Part shown: positions 8,411 through 17,714 of the stretch, one piece after another
How positions within the stretch are numbered: position 1 is the first letter of the stretch
How the letters are laid out: every line of letters begins with the position of its first letter
DNA from: Ktedonobacteraceae bacterium
GTDB taxonomy: Bacteria; Chloroflexota; Ktedonobacteria; Ktedonobacterales; Ktedonobacteraceae
DNA: 64,000 nt
Direction: 5' to 3'
Assembly (NCBI GenBank): GCA_034431765.1
Contig: DAOUDD010000010.1
Location: 23,403 to 87,402 of the forward strand
Translations under genes and position numbers: made by a program
Notes under the pieces: model-generated
What the model was told of the DNA's origin: nothing
Database searches by the model: none
The model's input: only the letters and a program-made list of their open reading frames with translations

Positions 8411-9844
8411 CTATTCCTTTTTTGTATTCCCCCCTACAGGAACGTCATCGTCCGCAGGCAGCATACGAAGCAAGCGAGCAGGAACGCCAACAACCAGAGC
8501 GTAGGGGGCAACATCTCTGTTTACAACAGCACCAGAGCCAGTATAGGCGTGATCGCCAATGACCACAGGTGCCACTAATATGGTATCAGAACCGATAGAC
8601 GCATGATCGCCGATCTGCGTCTGATGTTTCTGTTTGCCATCGTAATTTGAGGTAATCACACCGGCAGCGATATTCACATGCTCGCCCACCGTCGCATCGC
8701 CAATGTAGCTGAAGTGATGCATGTCCGTTTCGGCCCCGATGTAGGAGTTTTTGACCTCGCCAAAGTTCCCCATGCGCACACCACGAGCCAGGTGTGCCCC
8801 AGGACGGCAGTGAGCAAAAGGACCAGCCGTCACGTCATCCTCAAGCTGTGATTCTTCGATCACAGAGTTGCGGATTATACATGTATTACCAATAGTTGAG
8901 CTGTCAATTGTTGTATCTGGCCCAATGCGACAGCCAGAGCCAATGCTTGTCTTTCCACGCAAGAGCGTTCCAGGCAAAAGTGTTGTGTCGGGGCCGATCT
9001 GCACATCCTCATCGATATAGGTAGTAGCAGGATCGAGCAGCGTTACACCCGCATACATATGGCGCTCTAGAATGCGACGGCGCACGACCTGTTCTGCTTC
9101 AGCAAGCTGCACGCGATTATTCACACCCAGCGTTTCATCGAGTGTGCCCTCAACAGTAGCAATCGTGCGCTTCTGCCTTGCAGCGAGCGCGATCAGATCT
9201 GTCAGATAGTACTCACCGGAGGGATTACGTGGGAGCGTCTCTAGATGAGACCAGAGCCACTCGCGCTCAAAGCAGTAGACTCCCGAATTCACCTCGCGAA
9301 TGAGCAGTTGTTCCGCACTCGCGCGCTTGACCTCAACAATCTCCAGGACACGGCCCTGGGAATCGCGCACGATGCGTCCATAATCAGATGGTGACTCGGT
9401 ACGTGCCGTCAAAAATGTCACCGTTGCCTGCTGCTCCAGATGCGTTGTCAAGACCTGAGCCAGCATCTCGCTACGTATCAGAGGTGTATCGCCATAGCAG
9501 ACGAGCACAGTTTGAGGAAGAGGTTCTAAAGCATCAACGATTGAACGTGCGGAAAGGACCGCGTGACCGGTACCGAGTTGTTCTTCTTGAGTAGCATAGA
9601 GACAGCGCTCTCCAAAGGCGGAAACGATCTGGCCTGCTTCATGTCCAAGCACAACAATAGGGCGATGTGTCTCCACATCTAGAGAGTGGGAAGAAAAAGC
9701 ACGTGTAGTAGGAATAGCTTCAACAGTTGTGAGTACATGTGCCAGGAGGGGACGACCAGCCAGAAGGTGAAGCATCTTTGGTAATGCCGAGCGCATCCGA
9801 GTACCCTTGCCTGCCGCAAGGACGACGGTTGCATATGTGTTCAT
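8411..9844 (-). CDS. glmU: bifunctional UDP-N-acetylglucosamine pyrophosphorylase / glucosamine-1-phosphate N-acetyltransferase
   Basis: N-terminal VVLAAGKGTRMRS..PK nucleotidyltransferase motif and a C-terminal left-handed beta-helix of hexapeptide repeats; 477 aa. Confidence 0.93.
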   Translation of the reverse strand: MNTYATVVLAAGKGTRMRSALPKMLHLLAGRPLLAHVLTTVEAIPTTRAFSSHSLDVETHRPIVVLGHEAGQIVSAFGERCLYATQEEQLGTGHAVLSARSIVDALEPLPQTVLVCYGDTPLIRSEMLAQVLTTHLEQQATVTFLTARTESPSDYGRIVRDSQGRVLEIVEVKRASAEQLLIREVNSGVYCFEREWLWSHLETLPRNPSGEYYLTDLIALAARQKRTIATVEGTLDETLGVNNRVQLAEAEQVVRRRILERHMYAGVTLLDPATTYIDEDVQIGPDTTLLPGTLLRGKTSIGSGCRIGPDTTIDSSTIGNTCIIRNSVIEESQLEDDVTAGPFAHCRPGAHLARGVRMGNFGEVKNSYIGAETDMHHFSYIGDATVGEHVNIAAGVITSNYDGKQKHQTQIGDHASIGSDTILVAPVVIGDHAYTGSGAVVNRDVAPYALVVGVPARLLRMLPADDDVPVGGNTKKE

Positions 9845-9952
9845 AGTGAATAGATAAACCTTTTTTTTATTTTTCAGAGGTGTTAAATATACTCGATACC
9901 GCTAGCGGAAACCCTACGACCTTCCTCCGCCCTCTGATATCGAAGATATCGG

Positions 9953-10024
9953 ATCGGGTACCAGGATTCGAACCTGGGAATAGCAGATCCAAATTCTGCT
10001 GCCTTACCACTTGGCCATACCCGA
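9953..10024 (-). tRNA. tRNA-Gln (anticodon UUG)
   Basis: Manual cloverleaf fold. Acceptor TCGGGTA/TACCCGA with a U1:A72 pair, anticodon stem GCAGA/TCTGC, loop ATTTGGA, T-arm CCAGG-TTCGAAT-CCTGG. Close to E. coli tRNA-Gln. CCA is not encoded. Confidence 0.9.
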
Positions 10025-10078
10025 ACACTTCAGAGAAGCTTTCTTCTTTGGAGAAGGGCTGCTCTTCTGTACGGATGT

Positions 10079-10107
10079 ATATTACACGAAAGCCTCGATT
10101 TTGTCAA
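10079..10107 (-). promoter_or_regulatory. sigma-70-type promoter for tRNA-Gln (and possibly glmU operon)
   Basis: On the minus strand: TTGACA (10107..10102), 17-nt spacer, TAATAT (10084..10079), about 50 nt upstream of the tRNA 5' end. Confidence 0.55.
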
Positions 10108-10274
10108 CATATTTTGCAGGAAAATTTCTCTTATTTTTCCTTGAGGAGTCTCTCCACTCGCAGAGTTACATGTCTGCTAAACCGACACCTTTTTCACCAT
10201 CAGACTGCAATCATGTAATGCTACGCTCTTTATAGAGTTCGGGAGAACTGAAGTATTGAAAGGATAATTTATCA

Positions 10275-11087
10275 ATGGTAACACACGAAAACACAGCTAG
10301 CATCATTACTTCTCACACAGCAGCGGAAGAACAGGTAGCACCCCGTCGCACCATTCTTAAAGGAGCGGTCGCTGGTATTTCCAGCCTGACATTGCTGGGA
10401 GTCGCATCACAAATCGCACATGCACAGCCTCAAACTCATCTCGGTGGAGGTGGAGGCGGAGGTGGGAAGTGTACACAGGACTCGATTGTTGACATTCTAA
10501 CAGTTGCACGCACTGCTGAGCAGTTGGCAGTCACATTCTATAGCAATGGCTTGGCGAACGCGGACAAGCTTGGCTTACAAGGCGAGGAATTGAAATATAT
10601 CAAAGCAGCGCTGATTGAGGAACAGATTCACCAGCAGTTTTTCACATCCGTGGGTGGAAAATCGCTGGCGACAACGTTCAGTTTTCCCAAAGGGAAACAG
10701 ACGTTTGAGGATCTGAGGACCTTCATCGAGACACAGCAGCAGCTTGAAGGTGTCTTTGACTCAGCATTTCTTGCCGCGATCAAAGAGTTTGCCCAACTTG
10801 GTCGTGGCGATCTGGCACAGATAGCAGGACAGGTAGCCTGCATCGAAGCGGAACATCGTGTGCTTGGTCGGGCAATTCTTGGCCTCTCACCCGCCGACAA
10901 CTGGGCATTCACACCAGTGTTTCTCGCTCGTGTAGGTGACGCCCCCAAATTAGTAAGCGATGCGGGCTATCTCAGCCCTGTGAAAGGCAATAGTTACACA
11001 TATGAAGAAGTGAGCACTGCTGACAATGGCGTCGAACAGCGTACTCCTTTCTCGGTTGGAAACTGTACAGCAGGAGGGGAACGTTAA
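10275..11087 (+). CDS. Tat-exported ferritin-like domain protein
   Basis: Twin-arginine signal (APRRTILKGAVAG..AHA), a Gly9 linker, then a ferritin-like four-helix pattern (ILTVARTAEQLAVTFY, EEQIHQQFF, IEAEHRVLGR). Confidence 0.75.
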   Translation: MVTHENTASIITSHTAAEEQVAPRRTILKGAVAGISSLTLLGVASQIAHAQPQTHLGGGGGGGGKCTQDSIVDILTVARTAEQLAVTFYSNGLANADKLGLQGEELKYIKAALIEEQIHQQFFTSVGGKSLATTFSFPKGKQTFEDLRTFIETQQQLEGVFDSAFLAAIKEFAQLGRGDLAQIAGQVACIEAEHRVLGRAILGLSPADNWAFTPVFLARVGDAPKLVSDAGYLSPVKGNSYTYEEVSTADNGVEQRTPFSVGNCTAGGER

Positions 11088-11135
11088 ACAATTGACGCAT
11101 CTTCATAGAGGAAGATAACAGTATTCTCCATCATA

Positions 11136-11176
11136 GGAAAGAGCAGAACGAACACAAGAATCGTTCTGCTCTTTCC
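11136..11176. terminator. bidirectional intrinsic terminator
   Basis: Perfect 16-bp stem GGAAAGAGCAGAACGA / TCGTTCTGCTCTTTCC with a 9-nt loop, between convergent genes. Confidence 0.8.
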
Positions 11177-11194
11177 CAAAGAATTAATTCTTAG

Positions 11195-11359
11195 CTATAT
11201 TTCGCTTTTAGGCTCTAGCTCGAACAATATCGCATCCAAAGCATTAACCGGATTTTTTCTACGAGCAACACGCCGAAAAAGCACAACGCTACAGATTGTT
11301 CCAACAACAAGTGCAATAAGGGTTGTTATCCAGAAAACAACAAATCCACTTAAACTCAT
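11195..11359 (-). CDS. small single-pass membrane protein (54 aa)
   Basis: Internal ATG gives MSLSGFVVFWITTLIALVVGTICSVVLF followed by a basic stretch. The stop is 19 nt from the bidirectional terminator. Weak SD. Confidence 0.35.
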   Translation of the reverse strand: MSLSGFVVFWITTLIALVVGTICSVVLFRRVARRKNPVNALDAILFELEPKSEI

Positions 11360-11655
11360 CTTCCCTGACCTTTCATCGAGCCGAAATTGCCAGTGTACAA
11401 GTGGCACGTGACAGTGATATATACAATGCACTCAAAGTACGATTCGTATAAACTATACAACGTATTCATAGACGATATACAAACGGATAGCCGCTCAGCT
11501 GATGCGTCCAAAGGGGACGAAAGCAGAAGCGCAAGAGTCAGTGAAATTGCGCTAGACGTTTCAAGAAAGTTTGGGAAGGTTCGAGGCAAGCATGCTCCCT
11601 ACGCTCCGTTAGGTACAGCCCTCGCTGTACCTTCAGCTTCCATTGAATAAATTGA

Positions 11656-12081
11656 TCACACATGTTCGATAGCGCCCTCAGTCACGCTTCCATCAGCAGC
11701 GATTTTGAAGACGCGTGCGTAGGGAGGATCGGGATAGAAACGATGCGAAAAGATAATATAGAGATAGCCACTCCGTTTGGCCCAGTCGATATCACGAGCC
11801 GAGGGATAGGCTTCCGATTTGGGATGCGAGTGATAATAGATCAGATCCCCATCATATGCATCGATATCATTGTAGATGCGCACAATATCGCTTTCGCTGA
11901 TAATTGAGAAGTCGTCGGGATGCTCAGCGGCGTTGGCGGTGGGGTAGTCTTTCACCACGAGTTCTCCTTTGCTTCCTAAAGCTCCACATGCTTCATCTGG
12001 ATAGCCAGCCACAATATGCTCAAGCATCGCTTGATAGATCGTTTCAGGGATACGCACAACAAATTCCGAATTGCCTACCAT
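11656..12081 (-). CDS. mec: JAMM/MPN+ metalloprotease (Mec-type, CysO-processing)
   Basis: Exact JAMM signature E..HSHPKSEAYPSARD (H-x-H-x7-S-x2-D). The start overlaps the cysM stop (ATGGTAG). Confidence 0.85.
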   Translation of the reverse strand: MVGNSEFVVRIPETIYQAMLEHIVAGYPDEACGALGSKGELVVKDYPTANAAEHPDDFSIISESDIVRIYNDIDAYDGDLIYYHSHPKSEAYPSARDIDWAKRSGYLYIIFSHRFYPDPPYARVFKIAADGSVTEGAIEHV

Positions 12082-13004
12082 AATATTTTTGCCTCTACAT
12101 CAATACTTTCCAGGTCACGCGTCCAGATATCTTCGCTCAGATACTTCCAACCGCCATCCGCCAGCAGGACAACGATTTTGCCCCGTTCCATACTCTCTGC
12201 AACTCGCAAAGCCGCATGTAAAGAGGCACCGCAGGATGGACCGCCAAAGATACCTTCCTGATCTTTAAGCTGACGAGTCCTGCGAATCGCATCTACTGCC
12301 GAAACGAGAACCTTAGCATCAAGCAGGGATGCATCAAAGACAGGAGGGACAAAGCCATCATCCAGGCTACGTAACCCCTGTACACCTTCTCCCTGCTGCG
12401 GCTCGGCAGCAACAATTCTGATAGTGGGATTATACTCTTTCAATCGTCTTCCATTACCTGTGAGTGTCCCGCCGGTGCCTAAACCAGCAACAAAGACATC
12501 GAGATCGGGAAGATCAGCGATAATTTCAGGAGCCGTCCCATCATAGTGCGCACAGGGATTCGCAGGATTGCCATATTGATAGAGCATGACATAGCGCTTC
12601 TCCCGCTCAACCAGCTCATTCGCAAGCTTAACAGCGCCATTGCTTCCGAGCGCACCATTGGAAAAGACTATGCTGGCTCCGTACAGCTCTAACATCTGGC
12701 GACGTTCGGAAGTGACGTTATCGGGCAAGACTGCAATAAACGAATAGCCTTTGATGCGTGCAATCATAGCAAGAGCAATACCGGTGTTGCCGCTTGTTGG
12801 TTCCAATAGAGTCGAGCCGGGTTGCAGCCTGCCGTTCGCCTCAGCCTCCTCGATCATTTTCAGAGCAATACGGTCTTTCACACTCCCGGTTGGATTTGCC
12901 CCTTCTAGCTTGGCATAGACCTGGACGCCTGGGCGAGGGCTAAAGCTTTTCAGTTCCACAAGCGGAGTATTGCCGATAGTTTCCAACAGGCTCCCGTAGC
13001 GCAT
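12075..13004 (-). CDS. cysM: cysteine synthase (CysM-type PLP enzyme)
   Basis: PLP-lysine motif GSVKDR, TSGNTGIALA, GTGGT loop; 309 aa; located between cysO and mec. Confidence 0.9.
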   Translation of the reverse strand: MRYGSLLETIGNTPLVELKSFSPRPGVQVYAKLEGANPTGSVKDRIALKMIEEAEANGRLQPGSTLLEPTSGNTGIALAMIARIKGYSFIAVLPDNVTSERRQMLELYGASIVFSNGALGSNGAVKLANELVEREKRYVMLYQYGNPANPCAHYDGTAPEIIADLPDLDVFVAGLGTGGTLTGNGRRLKEYNPTIRIVAAEPQQGEGVQGLRSLDDGFVPPVFDASLLDAKVLVSAVDAIRRTRQLKDQEGIFGGPSCGASLHAALRVAESMERGKIVVLLADGGWKYLSEDIWTRDLESIDVEAKILW

Positions 13005-13023
13005 AGTGCTCTCCTGGCGTCTC

Positions 13024-13296
13024 CTAGTGTCCTCCTGCCATAGCAGGTAAGAGGATCACAGTATCATTGGCTCCGACTGTTGTCTGGAGTCCCTGCAGAT
13101 AGCGAACATCCTGATCGTTTACATAGACATTGATGAAGCGGCTCAATTCTTGCTCTGGCTGAATCTGCTCCTTCAAAGCAGGGTAGTGCTGAAAGAGATC
13201 GGAAAGCACCTCTGCGAGTGTAGAACCCTGAGCCGTAACCTGCTTGGAGCCACCAGCAGATGAACGTAGGACAGGCGCTAAGCGAACGGTTGCCAT
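13024..13296 (-). CDS. cysO: MoaD/ThiS-family sulfur carrier protein, C-terminus ..AMAGGH
   Basis: 90-aa beta-grasp-sized ORF from the internal ATG 13296 behind GGAGGA. It ends Gly-Gly-His, one residue past the diglycine. The track start 13437 adds an unlikely leader. Confidence 0.8.
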   Translation of the reverse strand: MATVRLAPVLRSSAGGSKQVTAQGSTLAEVLSDLFQHYPALKEQIQPEQELSRFINVYVNDQDVRYLQGLQTTVGANDTVILLPAMAGGH

Positions 13297-13515
13297 GATT
13301 TCTTCCTCCAGTAGAATAACTAAGATCTTATACGAAAACGGACGCCGCTTCTCTTGGTAGACACAAACGGACGCTCTTCGCAGAGCGAGCTGCGCTCGGG
13401 TTTGTGCAAGGAGTGTATCGCGGCTCGTGCCTCGCACTCAGGTTTGCGGGTAAGCACTAAATAAAGTGACGCGAGGATAGAGTTGTTCTATCCTCACGTG
13501 TTGTGCACGCACTGC

Positions 13516-14703
13516 CTAAGCAGGAACGGCACAAACATCTGCATAGGTGGGGAGATTCTCAGGGTGAGCGTTCTCGCCGCAGGCCAGACACTTGGGGTCG
13601 CGGTAGAGACGCAGTTCATTGAACTCGCCAGCTAGCGCATCATATGTCTGGAGGCGACCAACAAGCGGCTCACCGAGAGAGAGGAGCAGCTTGATTGTCT
13701 CTGTCGCCTGCAACAGCCCAATAATGCCGGGTAGCACACCGAGTACACCAGCTTCAGCGCAACTTGGAGCAAGCGCTGGTGGAGGTGGCTCAGGATAGAG
13801 ACAGCGATAGCAGGGTCCGTCGTACGGCTTAAAGACAGTGACCTGTCCCTCGAAACGGAAGACGCTACCATGCACAACGGGTTTCTTCACCATCACTGCG
13901 GCATCGTTGAGCATATAACGGGTCGGGAAATTGTCAGTCCCGTCAATAATTACATCGTATTCCGCGACGAGCGAATGCACATTTGTCTCATCCAGGCGCT
14001 CAATGTAGGTGATCACATTTACATCGGGATTGAGCGATTTGATTGTCTCGCGCGCCGACTCCGCCTTGTACTCACCCACGCGCTCGGTATTATGGATAAC
14101 CTGGCGCTGCAGATTGCTCTCATCCACGACATCGGCATCGATAATGCCAAGCGTCCCAACACCAGCAGCAGCAAGGTAGAGTGCTGCGGGAGAGCCCAGG
14201 CCACCAGCACCAATGAGCAGGACACGTGAATCGAGCAGTTTTAACTGACCTGCCTCGCCAACTTCCGGCACGAGCAGATGGCGGCTATAGCGGCGGGACT
14301 GTGCCTCGCTCAGAGTGTGAGGTTGGACAAAGTTAAAGCCAGCAGCCTTCCACTGTCCAAACCCACCAGCCATGGACACAATATCTTTGTATCCCATCTG
14401 CTGTAAAGTGCTTCCCGCCATGAGTGAGCGAACGCCACCAGCACAATATAAGACAACTTTTTCAGATTTGTCAGGCACAACCTCTTCGATCTGCGATTCG
14501 AGGTGTCCACGTGGCACATGCACTGCGCCAGAAATGTATCCTTCATTCCATTCATGCTTTTCTCGCACATCGACCAGGACAAAATCCTGTTTATTCTGGT
14601 CCTTAGTGCTCTGGGAGGCAAGCGCCTCATTTACTTGGACGGGAGACCATTCCGGCACATGCTTTCTTGCCTCGCGCATAATTTCGCGAAAAGCCTCACC
14701 CAT
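13516..14703 (-). CDS. moeZ: sulfur-carrier adenylyltransferase/sulfurtransferase (MoeZ/MoeB-ThiF family) with N-terminal rhodanese domain
   Basis: aa 1..125 are rhodanese-like (VDVREKHEW..YCAGGVRS active-site loop). The remainder is the E1-like fold (LLIGAGGLGSPAALYLAAAGVG, NLQRQ, CYRC..CLAC zinc site). Confidence 0.88.
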   Translation of the reverse strand: MGEAFREIMREARKHVPEWSPVQVNEALASQSTKDQNKQDFVLVDVREKHEWNEGYISGAVHVPRGHLESQIEEVVPDKSEKVVLYCAGGVRSLMAGSTLQQMGYKDIVSMAGGFGQWKAAGFNFVQPHTLSEAQSRRYSRHLLVPEVGEAGQLKLLDSRVLLIGAGGLGSPAALYLAAAGVGTLGIIDADVVDESNLQRQVIHNTERVGEYKAESARETIKSLNPDVNVITYIERLDETNVHSLVAEYDVIIDGTDNFPTRYMLNDAAVMVKKPVVHGSVFRFEGQVTVFKPYDGPCYRCLYPEPPPPALAPSCAEAGVLGVLPGIIGLLQATETIKLLLSLGEPLVGRLQTYDALAGEFNELRLYRDPKCLACGENAHPENLPTYADVCAVPA

Positions 14704-14760
14704 TACAGCACCTCAATGTTGACTAAGTTAATCAATTATGTTCTTTCACCAGTTACCAAA

Positions 14761-14790
14761 AGAGTACCACTTTCATTTTTTACCTGTCAA
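14761..14790 (-). promoter_or_regulatory. candidate promoter for moeZ
   Basis: On the minus strand: TTGACA (14790..14785), 18-nt spacer, TACTCT (14766..14761), about 60 nt upstream of the start codon. Confidence 0.3.
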
Positions 14791-15132
14791 GGGAAAGCAG
14801 AGCAGGAAAGTGCTCCTTGGAAAGCACCTGTTATACTCGCTGCTCTCGCCGTTTGGAGAAGGGAGAGGATTATAGCGTAGACGCCACACCTTTAGCCTTA
14901 TGTTTTTGCCGTAGCACCAAAGGCCGGGAACTCCCCAAAATAGAAATGGGATACTCTTGCAATCTCTATACGAGAGAACACAGAGGGTCACAGAAATATT
15001 CCGCTGGTCGAGCACCTATTACACAGGGTTTCTGAGCGCAGCAAAGTAAGTCTGTACTCAAATCAGCAATTCTTCCAAAGAAGATAAGTACAAACATAGT
15101 ACGATAAGCCAGGTTGTATAGAGAAGCAACAG

Positions 15133-15879
15133 CTACGATTGCATGAAGCGCACACGACGACGTAAGTATAGATCAGCAAGCAAAACGAGAACGAAAGCAA
15201 CAGCGGGAGCAATAATCTGAACGGCTGGAAAGGACTCGAAGAAATGGTACAGGGAATCGTCGCCTAAAAAAATCTGCGCTGCGGCCCACCCAACAATCAA
15301 ACAGGCAAGATCAAGCAACCACGGAAAACGTGTAATAAGATCAGCAACAAGAACACTGCCGAGCAGTAGAAAGGTGACACTGAATACCAGACCAACGATA
15401 AGAAAAGGGATATTCCCATTAGCCAGGCCACCAACAGCCAGCACATTATCCAGACTCATGGTTACGTCTGCGATGACAATCGTGATGACAGAGGAAAGCA
15501 GACTTTTCCCTGCAGTCTTTTGCTGTTCCTCTGTAGCAGAGCTTTTTTGTATCTGCTCCCCTTCGAGCCGAGGTTTGACCCTGGCCTGTTGGTGCTCACG
15601 CTTTTGTTCTTGATAGCGCTCAAGTAGCAAATGAATCGCCACGCCAATAAGCAGGACACCACCGATCACGCCGAGCAGGGGTAGTTGCAATAGATATGTA
15701 GCAGTTGAAGCAAAGACAATGCGTAGAAAAATAGCACCGCCTCCACCAAGCACAATAGCCATGACACGCTGCTTTCGTGGCAAGCCTGCTGCCGCAGCAC
15801 CAATTACAACCGCATTATCTCCACTCAATACCAGGTCAATCACAATAATCCCCAGAACTGAACTGAGCCAGGTCAACAT
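15133..15879 (-). CDS. TerC/YjbE-family integral membrane protein
   Basis: Duplicated LSGDNAVVIG / MSLDNVLAVGG motifs in TM helices, with a central charged loop; 248 aa. Confidence 0.85.
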   Translation of the reverse strand: MLTWLSSVLGIIVIDLVLSGDNAVVIGAAAAGLPRKQRVMAIVLGGGGAIFLRIVFASTATYLLQLPLLGVIGGVLLIGVAIHLLLERYQEQKREHQQARVKPRLEGEQIQKSSATEEQQKTAGKSLLSSVITIVIADVTMSLDNVLAVGGLANGNIPFLIVGLVFSVTFLLLGSVLVADLITRFPWLLDLACLIVGWAAAQIFLGDDSLYHFFESFPAVQIIAPAVAFVLVLLADLYLRRRVRFMQS

Positions 15880-16011
15880 AGAATACTTCTACCTTCCAGA
15901 TTGCAAATTTCTACAAACTTGCTATATATAAACGTAAGACCCTCGCAAAAATAAAAAGGGGATTTAGATAGACGCAAAACTGCCTGAAAAATAAAATTGC
16001 AAGGAAGCAGA

Positions 16012-16051
16012 CTTGCTCTATCAGTAGCCCAGGCGGAACAGCTTTGCTCTA
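16012..16051 (-). repeat. tandem pair of ATAGAGCAA(G/A) boxes in the TerC leader
   Basis: Minus-strand TAGAGCAAG (16020..16012) and TAGAGCAAA (16051..16043), 31 nt apart. The same 9-mer recurs at 32602, 32631 and 25114. Confidence 0.5.
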
Positions 16052-16212
16052 TATTAGGTGCTAGAGCACTTGTCTTCTCTTGTAGGAATCTGTAGTGATC
16101 ACAACGAAATCTCTGTGTCAATTGAGCGAATCGGATGCGCGTAGTACTCTCAGGATAGACAATTTGACATACAGAGGTAAGCTCACTACAATCATATATA
16201 TCGAATGTATAA

Positions 16213-17283
16213 ATGTATGTAAAAAGTTTGAGTGAAGTGGCTTTCATAGCCTCCCAATCGGGGGTAGAAGTGAATAATTCTTCTCAGAACTTACACACTG
16301 GAAATTATCTTCTTCTGGAAAAAGTGGGTCAAAGTGACTTTGCCGAGATCTATCTTGGTAGGCATCGCGATACGCAGCAAATTGTGGCAGTGAAGCGTCT
16401 TTATGGACGTATGTTAGATGAAGAAGCCGAGATCTTTTTGCAACGCACAGAGGAACTGGTCGGGCTACAGCACAGACACATTGTATCAGTTCTGGATTAT
16501 GGTATAGAAGACGACACAGCCTATCTTGTTATGGACTATGCTCCGCAGGGAAGCTTACGAGACCGTCATCCCAAAGGTACCCGCATACCCCTGGAAACAG
16601 CCCTGGATTATGTACAACAGATTGCCTCGGCCTTACAGTATATTCATGATCGAGGGCTGGTACACCGGGATATTAAGCCACACAACATGTTGATAGGGAT
16701 GCGAGGGGAAGTAATGCTCAGTGACTTTGGTGCGATGATCAGTTCGTATAGTTTGCAAGTGCGTCCGGGCCGTTCCTATCTCAAGCACTTCGAGGGAACG
16801 GTCCTCTATACGGCCCCTGAGCAGCTTCAAGGAAAGCCACGCCGTAGCAGTGATCAATATGCATTAGCAATCGTAATATATGAATGGCTCTGTGGAACCT
16901 GGCCGTTTTCCGGCTCGTTTCATGAAGTTGCACATCAGCATCTTTTTGTCTCTCCACTACCACTCCAGCATCACGGTTATGCCTGTCCACCAAATATTGA
17001 GCGCGTGCTTCTGCGAGCACTTGAAAAAGATCCCTCAAGGCGTTTCAGCACAATTACGCAGTTTGCGGATGAACTGCAATGGGCATACAAAGTTGCGCAA
17101 GCGAAGGGCTATCTTTCATCCCCCATCCCCTCCACACCAGCTACAAGCAATGAAACAGAACCGATCAGCGTGCACATGGTGCAATCCGCACGGCTTGAGG
17201 TCGAGACAAAGACAGAAAAGCCTCTCGCAATTAAGCAACAATTTCGCTCACCGACACCATTCACCCCACAAGCCCTTTCCTGA
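16213..17283 (+). CDS. Hanks-type Ser/Thr protein kinase (soluble, no sensor domain)
   Basis: VAVKRL, HRDIKPHNMLI, DFG and TAPE motifs. The glycine-rich loop is degenerate (VGQSDFAE). Start uncertain. Confidence 0.85.
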   Translation: MYVKSLSEVAFIASQSGVEVNNSSQNLHTGNYLLLEKVGQSDFAEIYLGRHRDTQQIVAVKRLYGRMLDEEAEIFLQRTEELVGLQHRHIVSVLDYGIEDDTAYLVMDYAPQGSLRDRHPKGTRIPLETALDYVQQIASALQYIHDRGLVHRDIKPHNMLIGMRGEVMLSDFGAMISSYSLQVRPGRSYLKHFEGTVLYTAPEQLQGKPRRSSDQYALAIVIYEWLCGTWPFSGSFHEVAHQHLFVSPLPLQHHGYACPPNIERVLLRALEKDPSRRFSTITQFADELQWAYKVAQAKGYLSSPIPSTPATSNETEPISVHMVQSARLEVETKTEKPLAIKQQFRSPTPFTPQALS

Positions 17284-17328
17284 ACACACTTCACACAACT
17301 GCAACAATTTCTAGAGCAGCACTAAAAC

Positions 17329-17375
17329 GTACCACTATCTGGTGAACATTTCTTCACCGGGTAGTGGTACTTTCC
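17329..17375 (+). terminator. intrinsic terminator after the kinase gene
   Basis: 18-bp stem GTACCACTATCTGGTGAA / TTCACCGGGTAGTGGTAC (two G:U or mismatch positions), loop CATTTC, then TTTCC. Confidence 0.7.
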
Positions 17376-17714
17376 TATCAAAAAAAGTTCATTGTAAAGA
17401 ACCTTCCAGGAAAGCGTGGTAATATCCAGAACAGAGCTACAACATAAAAAAGTAGCGTAGTATTTTATGGAGTAACAAAAGTCAAAAAGAAACGCTTTTC
17501 TTCTCTTCATCCTGAGAAAAGAGATAGTCAGAAAAACGCAGTGATTTCGTTTTTAGACAACATCTTACCTAGAAGCCATACATGTTTATGTATGTGATTT
17601 TCTTAACCCTCTAGAGAAGAAATGATGAAGCGAAACAGGCAATAGACAGCAGACAGGCAGTCTTCCATTTTTTGACAACGGTTTTTGGTAGGAGAAATAG
17701 GAGTAAGCATACTA

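Noticed and set aside
9880-10235. ORFs of 112 and 74 aa overlapping tRNA-Gln and its promoter
   Set aside because: The region is fully explained by the tRNA gene, its TTGACA-17-TAATAT promoter and leader. The ORFs have no SD.
15880-16212. yybP-ykoY Mn riboswitch upstream of the TerC-family gene
   Set aside because: The sense strand lacks GGGGAGUAG and the UUGACAUA..AGCAAGACC core. Only loose resemblances are present (GAGAGTACTAC, TTGACACAG, TAGAGCAAG). Reported instead as an unexplained leader.
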